From: Antedon mediterranea
Lineage: Eukaryota > Animalia > Echinodermata
DNA: 64,000 nucleotides
Assembly (NCBI RefSeq): GCF_964355755.1
Contig: NC_092671.1
Span: 19,344,001 to 19,408,000, forward strand
Direction: 5' to 3'
The notes beneath the pieces are model-generated. The model made no database searches and had not been told where the DNA came from. It was given only the letters and a program-made list of their open reading frames with translations. The position numbers were made by a program, and so were the translations under genes. This document shows positions 26,543 to 40,100 of the stretch, one piece after another (position 1 is the first letter of the stretch; every line of letters starts with the position of its first letter).

Positions 26543-27236
26543 GTCCCAACTATATAAAAAAAAAATTGCAATGATGTATAATGTACATGTACTTTATCAC
26601 CAGAAACCTTCTGATTGTTGTAACAAAGCTTCTTTACAATTCAGTCGCTAGTAATTACCATATAATTGTGTGCAATAAATGATACATACATAATACTGTA
26701 TCTAGTATATTAATTTTAAATTCTGAGATAAATGGACAAAATGTAAATTGAAATTATCCATTTCTCAATACAATTTTTGAGAGCCATAAAGGGTTGAAAC
26801 CGCTAGTGTTTTCAATTTATAATATCAAACATATAATGTCTTCAAAATGTTATTATTATAGTCGCAGTAGTAGAAGTCATATAAAATGGAAAATGTTTTT
26901 TACAATATAATTATGTGCAACAAACCTCGTGTGTTTCCTCAATGGATCTTCCAAATTGCATTATCACAAAATGAAAATGGCAAATAATAATCAAATACTA
27001 CAAGATATGTATCTTGAATTATATAGTGCATTTTTCGATTTCTATTTTAAAAAGGTTTTTTGCTTTGTATCCATCACCCAGGACTGCATTTACCATGTTA
27101 TTTGAATCAATAAAGCTCTTTCTTCACTATCAAACTTTATGTGACAAAAAAATGTGGTGTGTCCATATATTACTACCATATTTGGGCACATCATACTTTT
27201 TGTCATAACTAGCTTGATAGTCCCTATGCACTAAAC

Positions 27237-27274
27237 CATGGACCTATAAATTAGACCTAATTTGTAGGTCCATG
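27237..27274. mobile_element. 38-bp TIR-only palindrome with CATG ends
   Basis: CATGGACCTATAAATTAG-ac-CTAATTTGTAGGTCCATG (one mismatch), flanked by ACTAAAC and CTTAAAC. Confidence 0.6.
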
Positions 27275-28143
27275 CTTAAACCAATATTGATTATGTAATC
27301 TATAGTATATTACTGTACATGACAGCTGTAAGTTTAGTTTCACCAGTTTACAACTAATTAATAATATGTATCATGTATGCTTGCTATAGTACTTAGTTTA
27401 TGTAGAGATGGAAGTATTTTAACATGTAATGATAAATGAACAAATTACTGGAAGCCCAAACTGTAAGTATCTATGGTGATAGAAACATGGCAACAATTGA
27501 TAAAATTTATTGTAATAAAGTAGTGTATTCATATTTATATTATTTAGTTTAAAATGAATTTGCATCTTTTAATATAATTTATGATCAATATCATACAATT
27601 CAGCTAGAATTTTAAAATAAATTAAATATCACATCAAATTTAGACAAACACAGGCAAAATAATACTGATCCAATGTAGATGTTTTTTCCCCTCCATTTTA
27701 CATTCCCTTTCTTAAAAATAGTCTTGAGTTGAATCAAAGTGAAAACTATATATTTATACAGTATATATTAATAACAAATTTAGCACCCTACAAATATGTA
27801 TAGAGTGATCGTTTAATGTGCTATGTGTACATATAGTAATGATATCCATACATCATGAATACAGATACTATATGAACATAGAATTGTGTGCATATAGATA
27901 ATATATATGTGCACAGATACCCTTGTACATTAAAAATTAACATTAAAAATGAGCATTAAATCTTATAATGTGATAACAAGCAAATCTGCCAATGTAAAAT
28001 TTATATTTTTTCCCCAGTTTTATGACCAATAACATTCCGGAAGCCAGTCCTTGTTTGACGTACACAAAATTCTTGTCGTGACTATAAAAGTACAAAAACT
28101 TTTTTTTTGTGCCCAACAAAATTGATTATAAATGGGTGAGTCA

Positions 28144-31100
28144 TTATGACTCAACGCCAACCTGATGATTTTTGCCTTTACCAAAGTTCTTCTCAAGGTT
28201 CATGGTAATCTCACGTTGCAGATTGAGTCGATTTCTTGTTGGACCTTCATTAACAATCCATGTATGTTCAAGAACTTGTTTAGCTGTATACCGCTTCTTT
28301 CTGTTCACCACTAAAAGATGGTTAATAAGGTCCTTGGCAGCTGTGTACAAGAAATAAAACGGTTCAATGTTTAATGGAAACAGTCTTAAGATTAATGCAG
28401 ACTTTGACATGTAGTATCTACTATATGTATATTACATTTTCTATTGGACATAAATGCAATTTTAGAAAGGTAAATTATAAGAGAGAAGCTATAAAATTCC
28501 CATGTTGCCCAAGCTTGTTCCCTCCATGGCCTGACTATCTATGGAAGGTTGGTGATTTTTAATTGAGTATTACAATGTGTAGGACCTACTAAAATTGCAT
28601 ACATGAGTGAATTTTCTAATAATAATAATATGGAGTAATCCACTAGGCAATATTTTCCAAGGACACTACATCTTGCTTTGTTGGGTATACTTACATACTG
28701 AGATGTTGTCCCAATATGGAGAAAGGTACTCAAACTCTCCAGCTTGAATGATTTCAAACAGTTCCTCCTGGTCACGATCCAGACTTCTAAATGGTGGGAA
28801 ACCACATAGAAGTATATAGGCGATTACTCCAGTTGCCCACATATCTACCTCAAGACCATAGCCTGAAACAATCAGTATTTATGAAAAAACTAATTGAGTA
28901 TAATTTAATACTTTTTTTCCATTTGTTGGGCAGTTGTATGATACCAGACTTAGAGCACTTTATTGAAAACAGTTCATGTCATTAAAATGTGCTGGCTAAT
29001 TAGAAAGACCCAACTGTGTGTTGTTAAAAATGTGACTTATGAGATAGATAAATAAAATAAACAAGGTACAAAATACAAATATTATCAAACAAAAACAAAT
29101 TCTTACCTGTTTCTGCTAATATTTCTGGAGCAACATATGTTGGTGTTCCACATACAGTAAGTATTGGTTCTTTAACTTCCATCGCAAGACCAAAGTCGGC
29201 TAACTTCAGAACCATATCACCTTCTGGACCATTGCTTACCTATGACAACAAAAGCATAAAGAAATTCATGATGAAAATTTGAATCTAGTGAAATCTTATT
29301 TTTCATTATCACATTTTTCATCCTACTTACCACAAAATAAACATACATTTCAAACAATATGACACAGAGCATTCTATAATTTTTAGGATGATTGTGCACA
29401 TATACGCATTAGATTTTAAATTTTTTTTACTACTTTTTACCAAATTAATATATATACCTCTGGTCACCCAAACTCAAAGTACCTAAAGACGTACTTAGTG
29501 TAAATGGGCAAATGGTGTATATTGGACCTATCGGTAAGTTTACCCTCCACATAGTATACATTTTAGTTTTTCAACTAGGTTGGTAAAGGTTTGTCATACT
29601 GTATAAGCAATTAGAATGGTCTAGATAAACAAGACAATGATTTTACTATGTTAGGCCCTAACCTAAAACCGAAACAAATGTTTCTAGATTTGTTAGTTAA
29701 TATTAGTAAAACATATTTTATATTATTTTTGAGACAATATATGAATGACCAAACAATTTTACAATCAAAGAATTTACATTTAATAATAAATTAACGAAAA
29801 ATAGAAAGAAAATAATGAAGTTAACATAAGTTTAAAAAAGGCTATAACTCAAGAGATTAAATTTTAAAAAGTGTACTTGTTTAGCCATGGAGGAAATATA
29901 TATTTCCTTCATGATTCAGCCAACCTCAATACTATAGTTTGACAAAGGTTAACTGGCTCAGCCAATCCCAGGACTAAGTTCTTTAAAGTTAACTGGTTCA
30001 GCAAAACTCAGGATTATGTTTTAAAAGGTTAACTGGGTTCTGCAGCAGGCAACCTAAATACTAAGTTTGAAAAAGTTAACTGGTTCAGCCAAACTAAAAA
30101 CTAAAGGTTAACTAATACAATGTAAAGTACAGCATGTTGATTGAGACACAAATAATGGTATAATGGTACACTACAGTAAATAATAAAGTTAGTATGGAAT
30201 TTACAATGGGAGGTTTTACAATAGTTGTGTGAAAAGGAATATTTAAATTCTAATGAGAAAGTTGAATTGATAATTAACTTGCAGACTATTTATAACTAAC
30301 ACATGCATTTTGTAATGACTGATTTTACATTTCTTTCCTCATTAATACCTATGACGACCTACTGCTATGTAGCTAAATAATGGCTACTAATGAAATTCAA
30401 TCAATTTAATTGTCATTATTTGAAATCAAGAGCAAGTATTCGAAAACCACAGAAATTGCTTTTGACAATCCATTAATTTACTTATTTTCTAAAATCAACT
30501 GATATCTCATACCCTTTTTACACTACCGACTGAGAGAGGAGAGAGGAACACGAGTTGAACTCGGGAGGCAATTTCCATTTACACTAGCCAAAAAAACTGC
30601 GAGATGAACTCGAGTTGCGCCCATTTACACTACATCTATCACCCCGGTGCTGTCAATCAAATCACTATTGCAAGCGCACACGTGGAACTTAACTGACTAT
30701 GGTTTAAACGTTTAAACACTGGAACATATCGAAAAATCTCATATAAAAACATAATAATCCGAATTTACAAACAATTTATTTAATTTTGAATGTAGTCCAG
30801 TGTTATATTTTCTTTGTGGCTATTAAGATTATCATTTATTATTTTAAAAATTAGGGCCTAACAATTATTTTTCTTTTTAAAATGACTGCATTTCCGCCTT
30901 GTAGACTGTACGTACATTAAATAGGCCTTAAATTGTTAGGTTGGCGTACAAATAGGGTAGGGTATGGTAAGTATTTAAAATAAAAATGTATTTTTTAATT
31001 AGCATAACAATGTATCAATGAAGGAACATTATTATATGGTACTTTTTCAGTTCCTAAAAAAGATATCATTTTCATCTATTGAGACTTCAGTATTATATAT

Positions 31101-34100
31101 TTTACCTTTTTCAATAATTAGGCCTACATAGAATCGGCCAGGGTAGAGTTACACCAATATCAAATTATTTTAGGCTTTCTGGTAAGGTAGAATGCACACG
31201 AACAATTTCAATATTTTCAGCAGAAAAGAAAAGTCACAAATGTGTTTGTGCCTTTAAAAGAAAATAACGAACAGCACATATCGTACAATTATTGTTCTAA
31301 GCAAAAAAGGGGTGTATTTTAAGCAAAAAAAACTATTTTGTTTGCATAATATATTGTATTTCTGTGACAACATATTACATTTTCACGTCAATGACACCGT
31401 ACATTCAGCTTCGTTTCACCCCGGGGAGAGCACACCGGGGTGGTTGGATTTTCCCATTTACACCAGTCAATAAAAACCACAACACCGGCGTTTAACGGCC
31501 CGGTGTATTAACAACTGCGGGGTTACACCGCTGTTACGGTGATAGTGTAAAAGGGGTATTATATAACAACAAACTATTTCCAAAAGAATGGAAAGAGAAA
31601 ATCTTTTTAAGGGATAAAAACCAAAAGCACTCAAAAACAACACACGTTCGATGTTTGAATATGAGTAGCAAACAAATATGTTCTTTCTTTATTAAGGAAA
31701 AATGTCTAGAACCATCCAAAAGTAAAACAAAATGGGAAACATATTTTAACATGGAGAACGATTGGTCTGTAACATGGAAAAGAAAAATTAAAGATATTAA
31801 AGATAATAAACTTAAACAGTTGAACATCAAACTATTGCATTGTATAACACCTACCAAAAGAAGGCTGTTAAAATGGAAAATAAGCAACACAGATACTTGC
31901 CTACAATGCAACGTAGTAGAGGATGATGCCCATTTCTTTTATGAATGCACTGAAGTAAAACCCTTATGGGAATATATTAACGTTTACACCATGCACAAAT
32001 TTGGGATCGAGGCAAATTATCGAAACATTGTACTAGGTACAGGAAACAAATATGTAGACCACATGTTCTCTATTGGATGCTTCAGCGTTTACAAGGCACA
32101 TACTTTGAAAAATGTAAACAAATGGACCGGATCATTGTCTCGTCCTTTTATGGCGGAAAAAAACAAAAGATCTTACCTTAACCACCTATTATAATTTATA
32201 TTGATGTGAATCTGATTATTTAAAATATATTACATAATAATGTTGTATAATACACATAGGCAGTTTCATTTTATCTTATATGAAATATAAATAAAAAAAA
32301 AAAAAATTGTATAAATTAATATTGAAAACAAAAAAGAAACGTAACGCAACATAAGTAACGCACGAGAAGATAAGCAAACAAATATAACCATGAGACATAA
32401 AACTAGACACAGAAAAGCATTTTTAATATTTTTGTTTTTGTTTTTTTATTCGTATTTTAAAATAATGTATATAATCTGTATATAGGGTATAAATGAATTG
32501 TATGTCAAAAATACTACCGAAAATAACTATACAACATTAGTAAATGTATCTCCTACAGTACATTTATTAGTTAAGTGTTCACAATGTTAGATGTTGAGAA
32601 TTATAGAACAAAAAAAATACTAGAAAATTATGAAAAAAGGTGGATAACAGAAAAGAAATAATGCTCTGATTCCAAGAACAGTAACGTTGATAAAATAAAA
32701 ATAAAAAAATATATATATATATATATAAATACACCAAACCAAACAAAAGTAAGAATAACAATGAATATTATTATTATTATTAGAAATAATTGTATTAATC
32801 TGTTGATGAAATGAAATGAATAAATAGTGGTTAACGCCACAAAAGAGAAAAAAAAAAAAAAACTATTTCTTTCATTTCTATAAATTTAATGTTGGATCTG
32901 GGAAATTTAGATGTTAGACAATGACTAGTAGTTGGTTAGTATTAAAGCAAAAGCTTTTGTGTTTGACTTACCACAGATTTAGTCATCTACAATGTGAAAC
33001 CAAAGAGAAAATTGAAAGAAGATATAGATAATTAGATAAAAGAATATAATAGTGAAAATTCAAGATTAGAGAAGAAGGCAAAACCAACCTTGTAAAGACA
33101 CGAATTCATAATAATGTAAATTATTATGGCAACTATAGCATTTAGATTCATATTAAAATGAGGATATAAAGATAACAATATATAAATTCAATATTGTATA
33201 TAAAATTATGATTTGTTTTGATGTTGCCAGAGAAAATAAACAAAAATCATTAAGCAGAAACTGGAAATATAAACAAAAATAACTTACCAATAAATTTTCA
33301 GGCTTCAAATCTCGATGTACAATGTTTAAATCATGTAGGTAGGCTAAAGCTTGAGAAAGATCACTTATCATTAAAGCTGCATTTGCTTCAGTAAACTTTA
33401 CACTTTCTGTAATTGCATCAAACAAATCTCCACCTTTTACATACTCCATAACTAAATAAATGTTCTCCTTCGTTTCATGTTCCTCAAACAAACGTACAAT
33501 ATTTGGATGGTTCACATTTTTCATAATGCCAATCTCATTTTCTATCATTTGTTCTTTCCCTTTTAATTTGGATTTGTCAACAATTTTCATTGCAAATTCT
33601 TGATCGGTGTTCATGAGTTCAGCCAGATGAACATCAGCAAAGTTACCATCACCAATCTTCTTGCCAATCTTGTAACGCTTTTCAATGTCATCACGTTTTG
33701 TGATGGGTCTTGGATCAGTTGCATACTTGTTATTTGGGTCTTTACCTTTCTTGTTATTCTTTCCAACTTTCTTTTTGTCTTTATCATTACCATCCTGATC
33801 TTTTTGCTTTGCTTTATTTTTTTCCTCTTGCTTCTTTTCATCTTCTTTCCTCTTTATCTCTGCTTTTTCTCTTTTTTGTTCTTCCTCTTTTTGCCTTTCT
33901 TCTTCCTCTCTCTTTTTCTTTTCTTCTTCTTTCTTTTGTTTGTCCTCTTCTTCTCTCTTTTCCCTTTGTTTTTCATTTTCTTCCATTTTCTTTTTTTCTT
34001 CTTCCTTTCTTTCTTCTTCTTTTCTTTTTTTGTCTTCTTCTTTTCTCTTCTTTTCTTCTTCCTTCCTTTTTTCTTCAGCTTTTCGCCTTTCTTCATCTTC

Positions 34101-37100
34101 TTTTTCTTGTTTTTTACGTTCTACATTTCTTCGTTCTTCTGCTTCTTTGAGTTCTTTTTCTTTTGCTTTTATTTCTGCTTCCCTTGCATCAAGGGCTGCT
34201 AATAATTCTGCTGCTTTCTTTTGTTGATCTGCTTCTAATTTTTTTCGTAATTCTTCCTCCATTTTTTTCAAAAGTTTTTCTTTTCTTTCTAATTCTTCTT
34301 CTTTATCTCTGTTTGCCTTTTCTCTTTCCAGTTCTTGTTGTCTTTTCCTTTCATTTTCTTCCAATAACCATTGCAACTCATCATTGTTATCAATTCTTCC
34401 AAGGATGGCATGATCTCTTAACTCATCTTCCTCTTCTTCTAATCTCTGTTTTTCCCATTTGGCAGCCTTTAATCGTTCTTCTTTTTTTGCTTTTGCTCTC
34501 TCTTGATCAACCTTTTTTGCATTTTCTCTTTTCCGCAATGCCTTCTCCCGCACTGCTTTTTCTTCATCTTCTCCAAACCCACTGTCTGTTTTTGATTCTC
34601 GATCCTTCGATCCTTTTTTGGGAAGCTTTTGTGCATATGGATTATTAGGATACAATTCTTCGTAAATGTCAGCAATATCCTCATCACTCAATGGTTGTTT
34701 AGAAGGTGAAGCTATGAATACTTCTTCTTCTCGAAAAAAATCCCCAAGTCCTCGAATTTCCCGACCTTTCAAAGTATATAGTTTTCTAATTTTAGTGCTT
34801 TTATACTTAGGAAGACCAAGTGCATCAGATATATCAAGAACAAGGTCCTCAAAAGATTGCACACTACGTTTGTTTAAAAGAAGTGATACTGTTTTTCGTG
34901 GTCGATCACCATTTTTAACTATTTTAACAATCCGTGGTTTAACCGGGCTCATGTCGGAATGTATGACCCCCGGTTTGGAAAAAGGTTTTACAGAAGCACC
35001 TGGTCGACCTCCTGAATACTGAAATGATCCTGGACCAGAATGTCCCTGTCCAAATGTTCCTCCTTTCTTTCCGTATGCCGCAGCATATTTACCATGTGAT
35101 GGGTAAACAAATCCTCCTCGAACTGCTCCAAAATGTTGGCTTGATCCATTTGGTGGATATGTGTTGTACAAATGATTTTCATATTGTGGCCGGACCTCTG
35201 AAATTTAAACATATTCCAATTTTTAATGCTAAATTACTATGAAAAACTATCTAACACATAAATAAAGTTTTCATTACAATAACATTTATGTCATTGGACA
35301 ACTAATTTTGCTTTCAAAGCTTCATACATTGTATCTATTTAATTATAGAGTGGTGGTGTTGATATTCTATGAAAGTCCCACTTACATGGATAACCAAAAC
35401 AAGGGGAACAATTTTGCAAGACTGTGGCCAATTTATTTGAACTACAGTACAGTATTGGTTATAACACTTTGTTCTACCCTTATAGAGGAAAAGTCAGCTA
35501 GGCATGAAATAGAATCACTGATTGTATAGCATTTTTGTTATTAATTTCATATTTGTTATTAGGCTCAACTATGCACAACAGTCTGTCAAAGTATACTTTT
35601 GTAATCCAATTTTAAAATATTCATTAAAATGATTAAAAACATTTTTAAAAAAATAACAAGGCACTGTATATGGCCAAACACACGAACAACCGAGTTATAA
35701 AATAAGTTGAGAATATTTGTGCACATTTTAAACTATTTTTCTTCCTCATGAAATACTGTACATCTAGAATTTAACTTTCTAATTATTGAGTCAGTCTGCA
35801 TTTCTCTATAAATTTATATCATTCATCTTCATCCTCTTTCAATTTCAACAAGATGGAATTAATGAAAGGGCTCATTATGGAGTATAATATAATCTTCAAC
35901 ATACAGAGATATTTGGAAAAAATAATTGTCCAAAACCTATAAAAAAATCAATATTCAGTGGTTTAAAGTTTAAATTGACCTATTATTTTCACTTTATATG
36001 CACAAACTTTAGTGAAGGTGATTATTGAAAATGTTTTCTTCTGAAAGGAAAAGAAAATATGATAGACTAAATGACAATTCATAAATAATCAACCAAAAAC
36101 TAATGAAATACTAGCCTATATCATACACATATGAGAATTACACAAAATGCATAGCAACCAATCCTAAATAAGAAATGACTTACGTTTCCTTCCCCAAACA
36201 TATTTCTTAAAATAAGAGCCAGTAACTTTGATTGGCTTGCGATAACCGTATGCTTGCTGGTACTCTGATCTCATTCGCGACATTTTTCTTGTAAAATAAT
36301 AAGCAGAATCTAATATATTGAAGTATCTTTTAATTGAACATGGTGTCCATTTGTTATAGTGCTATCTAAACTAATGAACTTATTACATTAGATCGTTGAA
36401 TGTTACCATCGCAACTAATATTATCAATCATTGACCAAACTTTACCTGTTTGTTCAATCAGAATCGGATTATTCCATTTAAGATTTTTGTGATTACTTAC
36501 AAATAAATTATGCTTATAATATATGTTAAAAACAACAATAACTGGATTTTTCAACACTTTTCTTTTAAATTTAAAAGCCAAAATTTAATATGAAGCTGCA
36601 TTATTCCTATTCTTTCCTTCAACTTGATTGTCATTTTCTTTAAATGTTGCATTGCTAGGCCTATTTATCACCATTATCACAATGGAACATGCCATTAAGA
36701 GAGATACCCAGAAGGTTTAATTCTACTACCTGAGTAAGCAGCTTAGTTTGTTAGACACATTCAATAGAGTCAACAGAACAAAGATGTTGGTACATTCTTC
36801 ACCTTACCTAGCCGTATCCTCAGAAACCTCTATTGACATATAACCAAGGGTCACCAACACCAAGTCCAACCTGACAACCTCAATGTCATTTACAGAACTA
36901 CAGATATACACAACAATCATTATCCCTTTCCTTTTTTGTTTTAAGTAGTTTCAAGGAAATTGATGTCAAAAACATAATGTTTGATCTCTGAGTATTCATA
37001 TTGAAGGTTTAATGCTCATTGAAAATTAGTTACTAAGACAAAAAATCAAAACAACTAGTAACAAAAATATTCTAAGTAATTCACTCCAACATGTAGGCCT

Positions 37101-40100
37101 ACAATGTGCCCTCTTGGTAACACTTATTGCCAAAGTGCGTGTCTCTCCAAAAAAAAAAAATATGACACCAACTTCTTAATGAGTAATTTTATTTATAGTT
37201 TTAATATTATACTACTATTTCTATTTCAAATTTGCAGGGAAAAAAAAGTTATTATTTAGCAAATTTATGTTAAATGGTAGGTAATACCAAATCAGCTAAA
37301 TCGTTTTATTAAATAAACAATTATAATATCATTACTACCACTATCAAAGAATAAACCTGTCTTTCTATTGAACTTCTTTAATTGTCTCCAAGCAACAATC
37401 AACTGTAAATATAGATAAGCATTAACTGATCAAACATAGCATTATCAGGAATACTTTTAAGCCTATGATTGTATAGGGTGCATGATTAATGCAGAACAGT
37501 TTTTAAGCTATGTTGACAATATACCAATTTTAATCAATACATAAATCATTGTTTTACCAAAAAAAAAAAGAAGAAGAGAAACAAACAAAATGACTCAATA
37601 AAAGCAAAATTGTTTAATAATTAATGAGAAGAGGAGCCTATCTTTTTAGGCTTTTCAAATTTTGTTACTAATTGTTTAAGTATCACCCTTTGGTGGTTTG
37701 AATTTTGTTTAGTTGTTAATTACTTAATTTGTTTTTGAGAATGGTTCCGAAAAGTTTTGTCATTATTTTAAAGCTATATAGTAAATGTCTCTTAATTCGT
37801 AGGTAGTTATAATAATGGTGAATAACTTCTGGGGCCGATCCAGATGAAGATTCCAAGGTGAAGCAACCAATATCAACATGCAACGGTGAACAATAAGGTG
37901 CTGAACTACATATTCCTAACATTTGCATTGACATTTTCGAAATATAGGGACAGCAGGCCCCTAGACGTACGTTCCCATCGTCAAACTCGAACGCAACGCA
38001 ATCAAAAAGTGAATAATGATCAAACAATCCACAGAAAATGCGTATCTAACATATGGCAAAAAATGTTATAGTTAGTTACATGCGTTTACCGGTGGAAAAA
38101 GTAATATAAATCATTTTGCTTACTTCTAGCATGCTACATTGTAGTGTTATGCCAAATAGAGGTGCCATTTATCTTGAATTGTATGTGCGAGAGTACCATT
38201 TGCGGCCATCTAAGGGTATCATTTAACAAAATTTGCTTCGGAAAAGGCCCCAGCATGGGGCCTTTGGCTCAAATACTTCGTGTCTGAACAGGGGGAATGC
38301 TGGGAGGACCTGCCTATATGGCAACCCACCTGTCAAATATTTTGATGAGCTCTTTTTGCTATTTAAAGGGGGAAGGGATGGAAATGTCATAAAACATTTT
38401 TAGACCCTCCTTTTTCAAGTAAACTTCTAGAAAAGCCTATGCCAAGTATAATTGCATGAATTGGAAAAAAATTTCTCAGGTGTCTTGTGGGATTACATAT
38501 ATATTTACGTATAGTCTCAAGTAACATTAATTCCCAACCATGATGCCAAGATCGACTTTCACTTTTTTACTCAACTTTCTTCCAAAATGAATATCAATAA
38601 TTTAATTGATTATATTTACTGATAGAATTATGAGATGCTAAATATAGAGGCCTACTCACTCACTATCTCTATCACAAAATCAATATCAGTTTAGCGCAAA
38701 ACCTTGGTTTCCATAGCAAACCAAATTATCTGCATTTCAATTGCTAATTGAATAAACTAGGTGACACTATTCTGTTGTTTATTATCATTCATTTAACAGT
38801 GTATACCTCAGATTAAATATCTACCAGTTTTACTACAGTAGACATTGAAGTTCAATTACAATTACATCATAAAATGTCACTTTATTCTAATCATTATTGT
38901 ACAGCAAAGTATTAATATATATATAGTTCTTCTTCCTTTATCAGAAAAATGGTGAATTTGTATAGCCCTATATGCAGAAAGTGGCGATGTTTTAAATGCT
39001 ACACTTTTCAACCCTCCTTCATTTTAATAACGGAGCAGGAGTTCCATGACCATAAGTTCTTCGCAGAACTTGGCCTCAAGTATTTTTTCTGGCTTTGAAT
39101 AAACTCATGCCACTACAGGCTATGTTCGCACATACATACCACTAACCATTGCGGTTAACTATTATTGGAATATTTGTTGCAAAGGTCACCTGCCTTTTCA
39201 CAAGTCCATTTGCAAAATTACATCATTTACAGTATCTCTGTAATTCTAACTTGGCACCGAATGAATACTACCGTAGAAGTTTATTGGCTATTAAAAAACA
39301 GATGTACAATTACTAAATGTTAGCATTGTTGATCAGTATACCTGGCCGAGTAGGATTGAGCATTATGGCGCTATACAGAGTTCTCCCAATCTGGATTTAT
39401 TACAATACACTAGTATGAACCAGAATAGGGAAGAGAGAAAAAGAGAGAGAAAACAACCTTCAACATTTGGCCTTCAACCACTTCACAATTAACTAATCAT
39501 ATAAATGTTTCATTTTTGCAAATGTATTGTATTGTATTTGTATTTAAAATAAGATTAGTGTAATTGCAAATATTAGAGATAAACTTAAAATTATAATTTA
39601 AGTAAGGACAACTTCATTTGTATCTAGAATACAGTATACAACATAAGAGTCAATACAGTTGATTAATCAAAATAGGAATCTCAATAAATTGAGATAAGGA
39701 TTGTCAGATTAATCATGAATTAACCTAATGCTGCTAGCTGGCTACTGTATGTTTAAGCCCAGAAACAATGCAAAACGTTTGTTGAAATGATAATCTTTTT
39801 CTTTAAATTTACATTATTTAGATCATTATTACAATTTAATAGGTTTATAATTTATATTAATGTTCAAATATGTACAGAAAAATCAATACTATATAAAAAT
39901 AAAACGATATACTTTTTCACGGCAACATAACTTAACTACAAAACTCAAAAAATAAATGCTTTATAGCCTACAGGTACAGTAGTTAGTATATAGAAATCTT
40001 ATTCTGAATTGTGAACAAAAAATTAGGGTTGATTTTTGTTGTATATTGTAAAAGTATGAAAATAATTAAAGACACCTTCACTACAATTTGTGACGTTTTG

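Noticed and set aside
33600-35242. Multiple overlapping F/L/S-rich or K-rich ORFs
   Set aside because: These are antisense and off-frame shadows of the purine-rich DCLK3-like exon.
36808-36900. Another alternative coding first exon of the kinase (donor AG|GTAAGG)
   Set aside because: The only ATG-led open frame ends in phase 2, incompatible with the phase-1 acceptor at 35197. It could at most be a UTR exon.
37780-38200. Moderately GC-rich segment with 103- and 61-aa ORFs
   Set aside because: No domain similarity or clear termini were recognised. It is probably an unclassified repeat and cannot be called from sequence alone.
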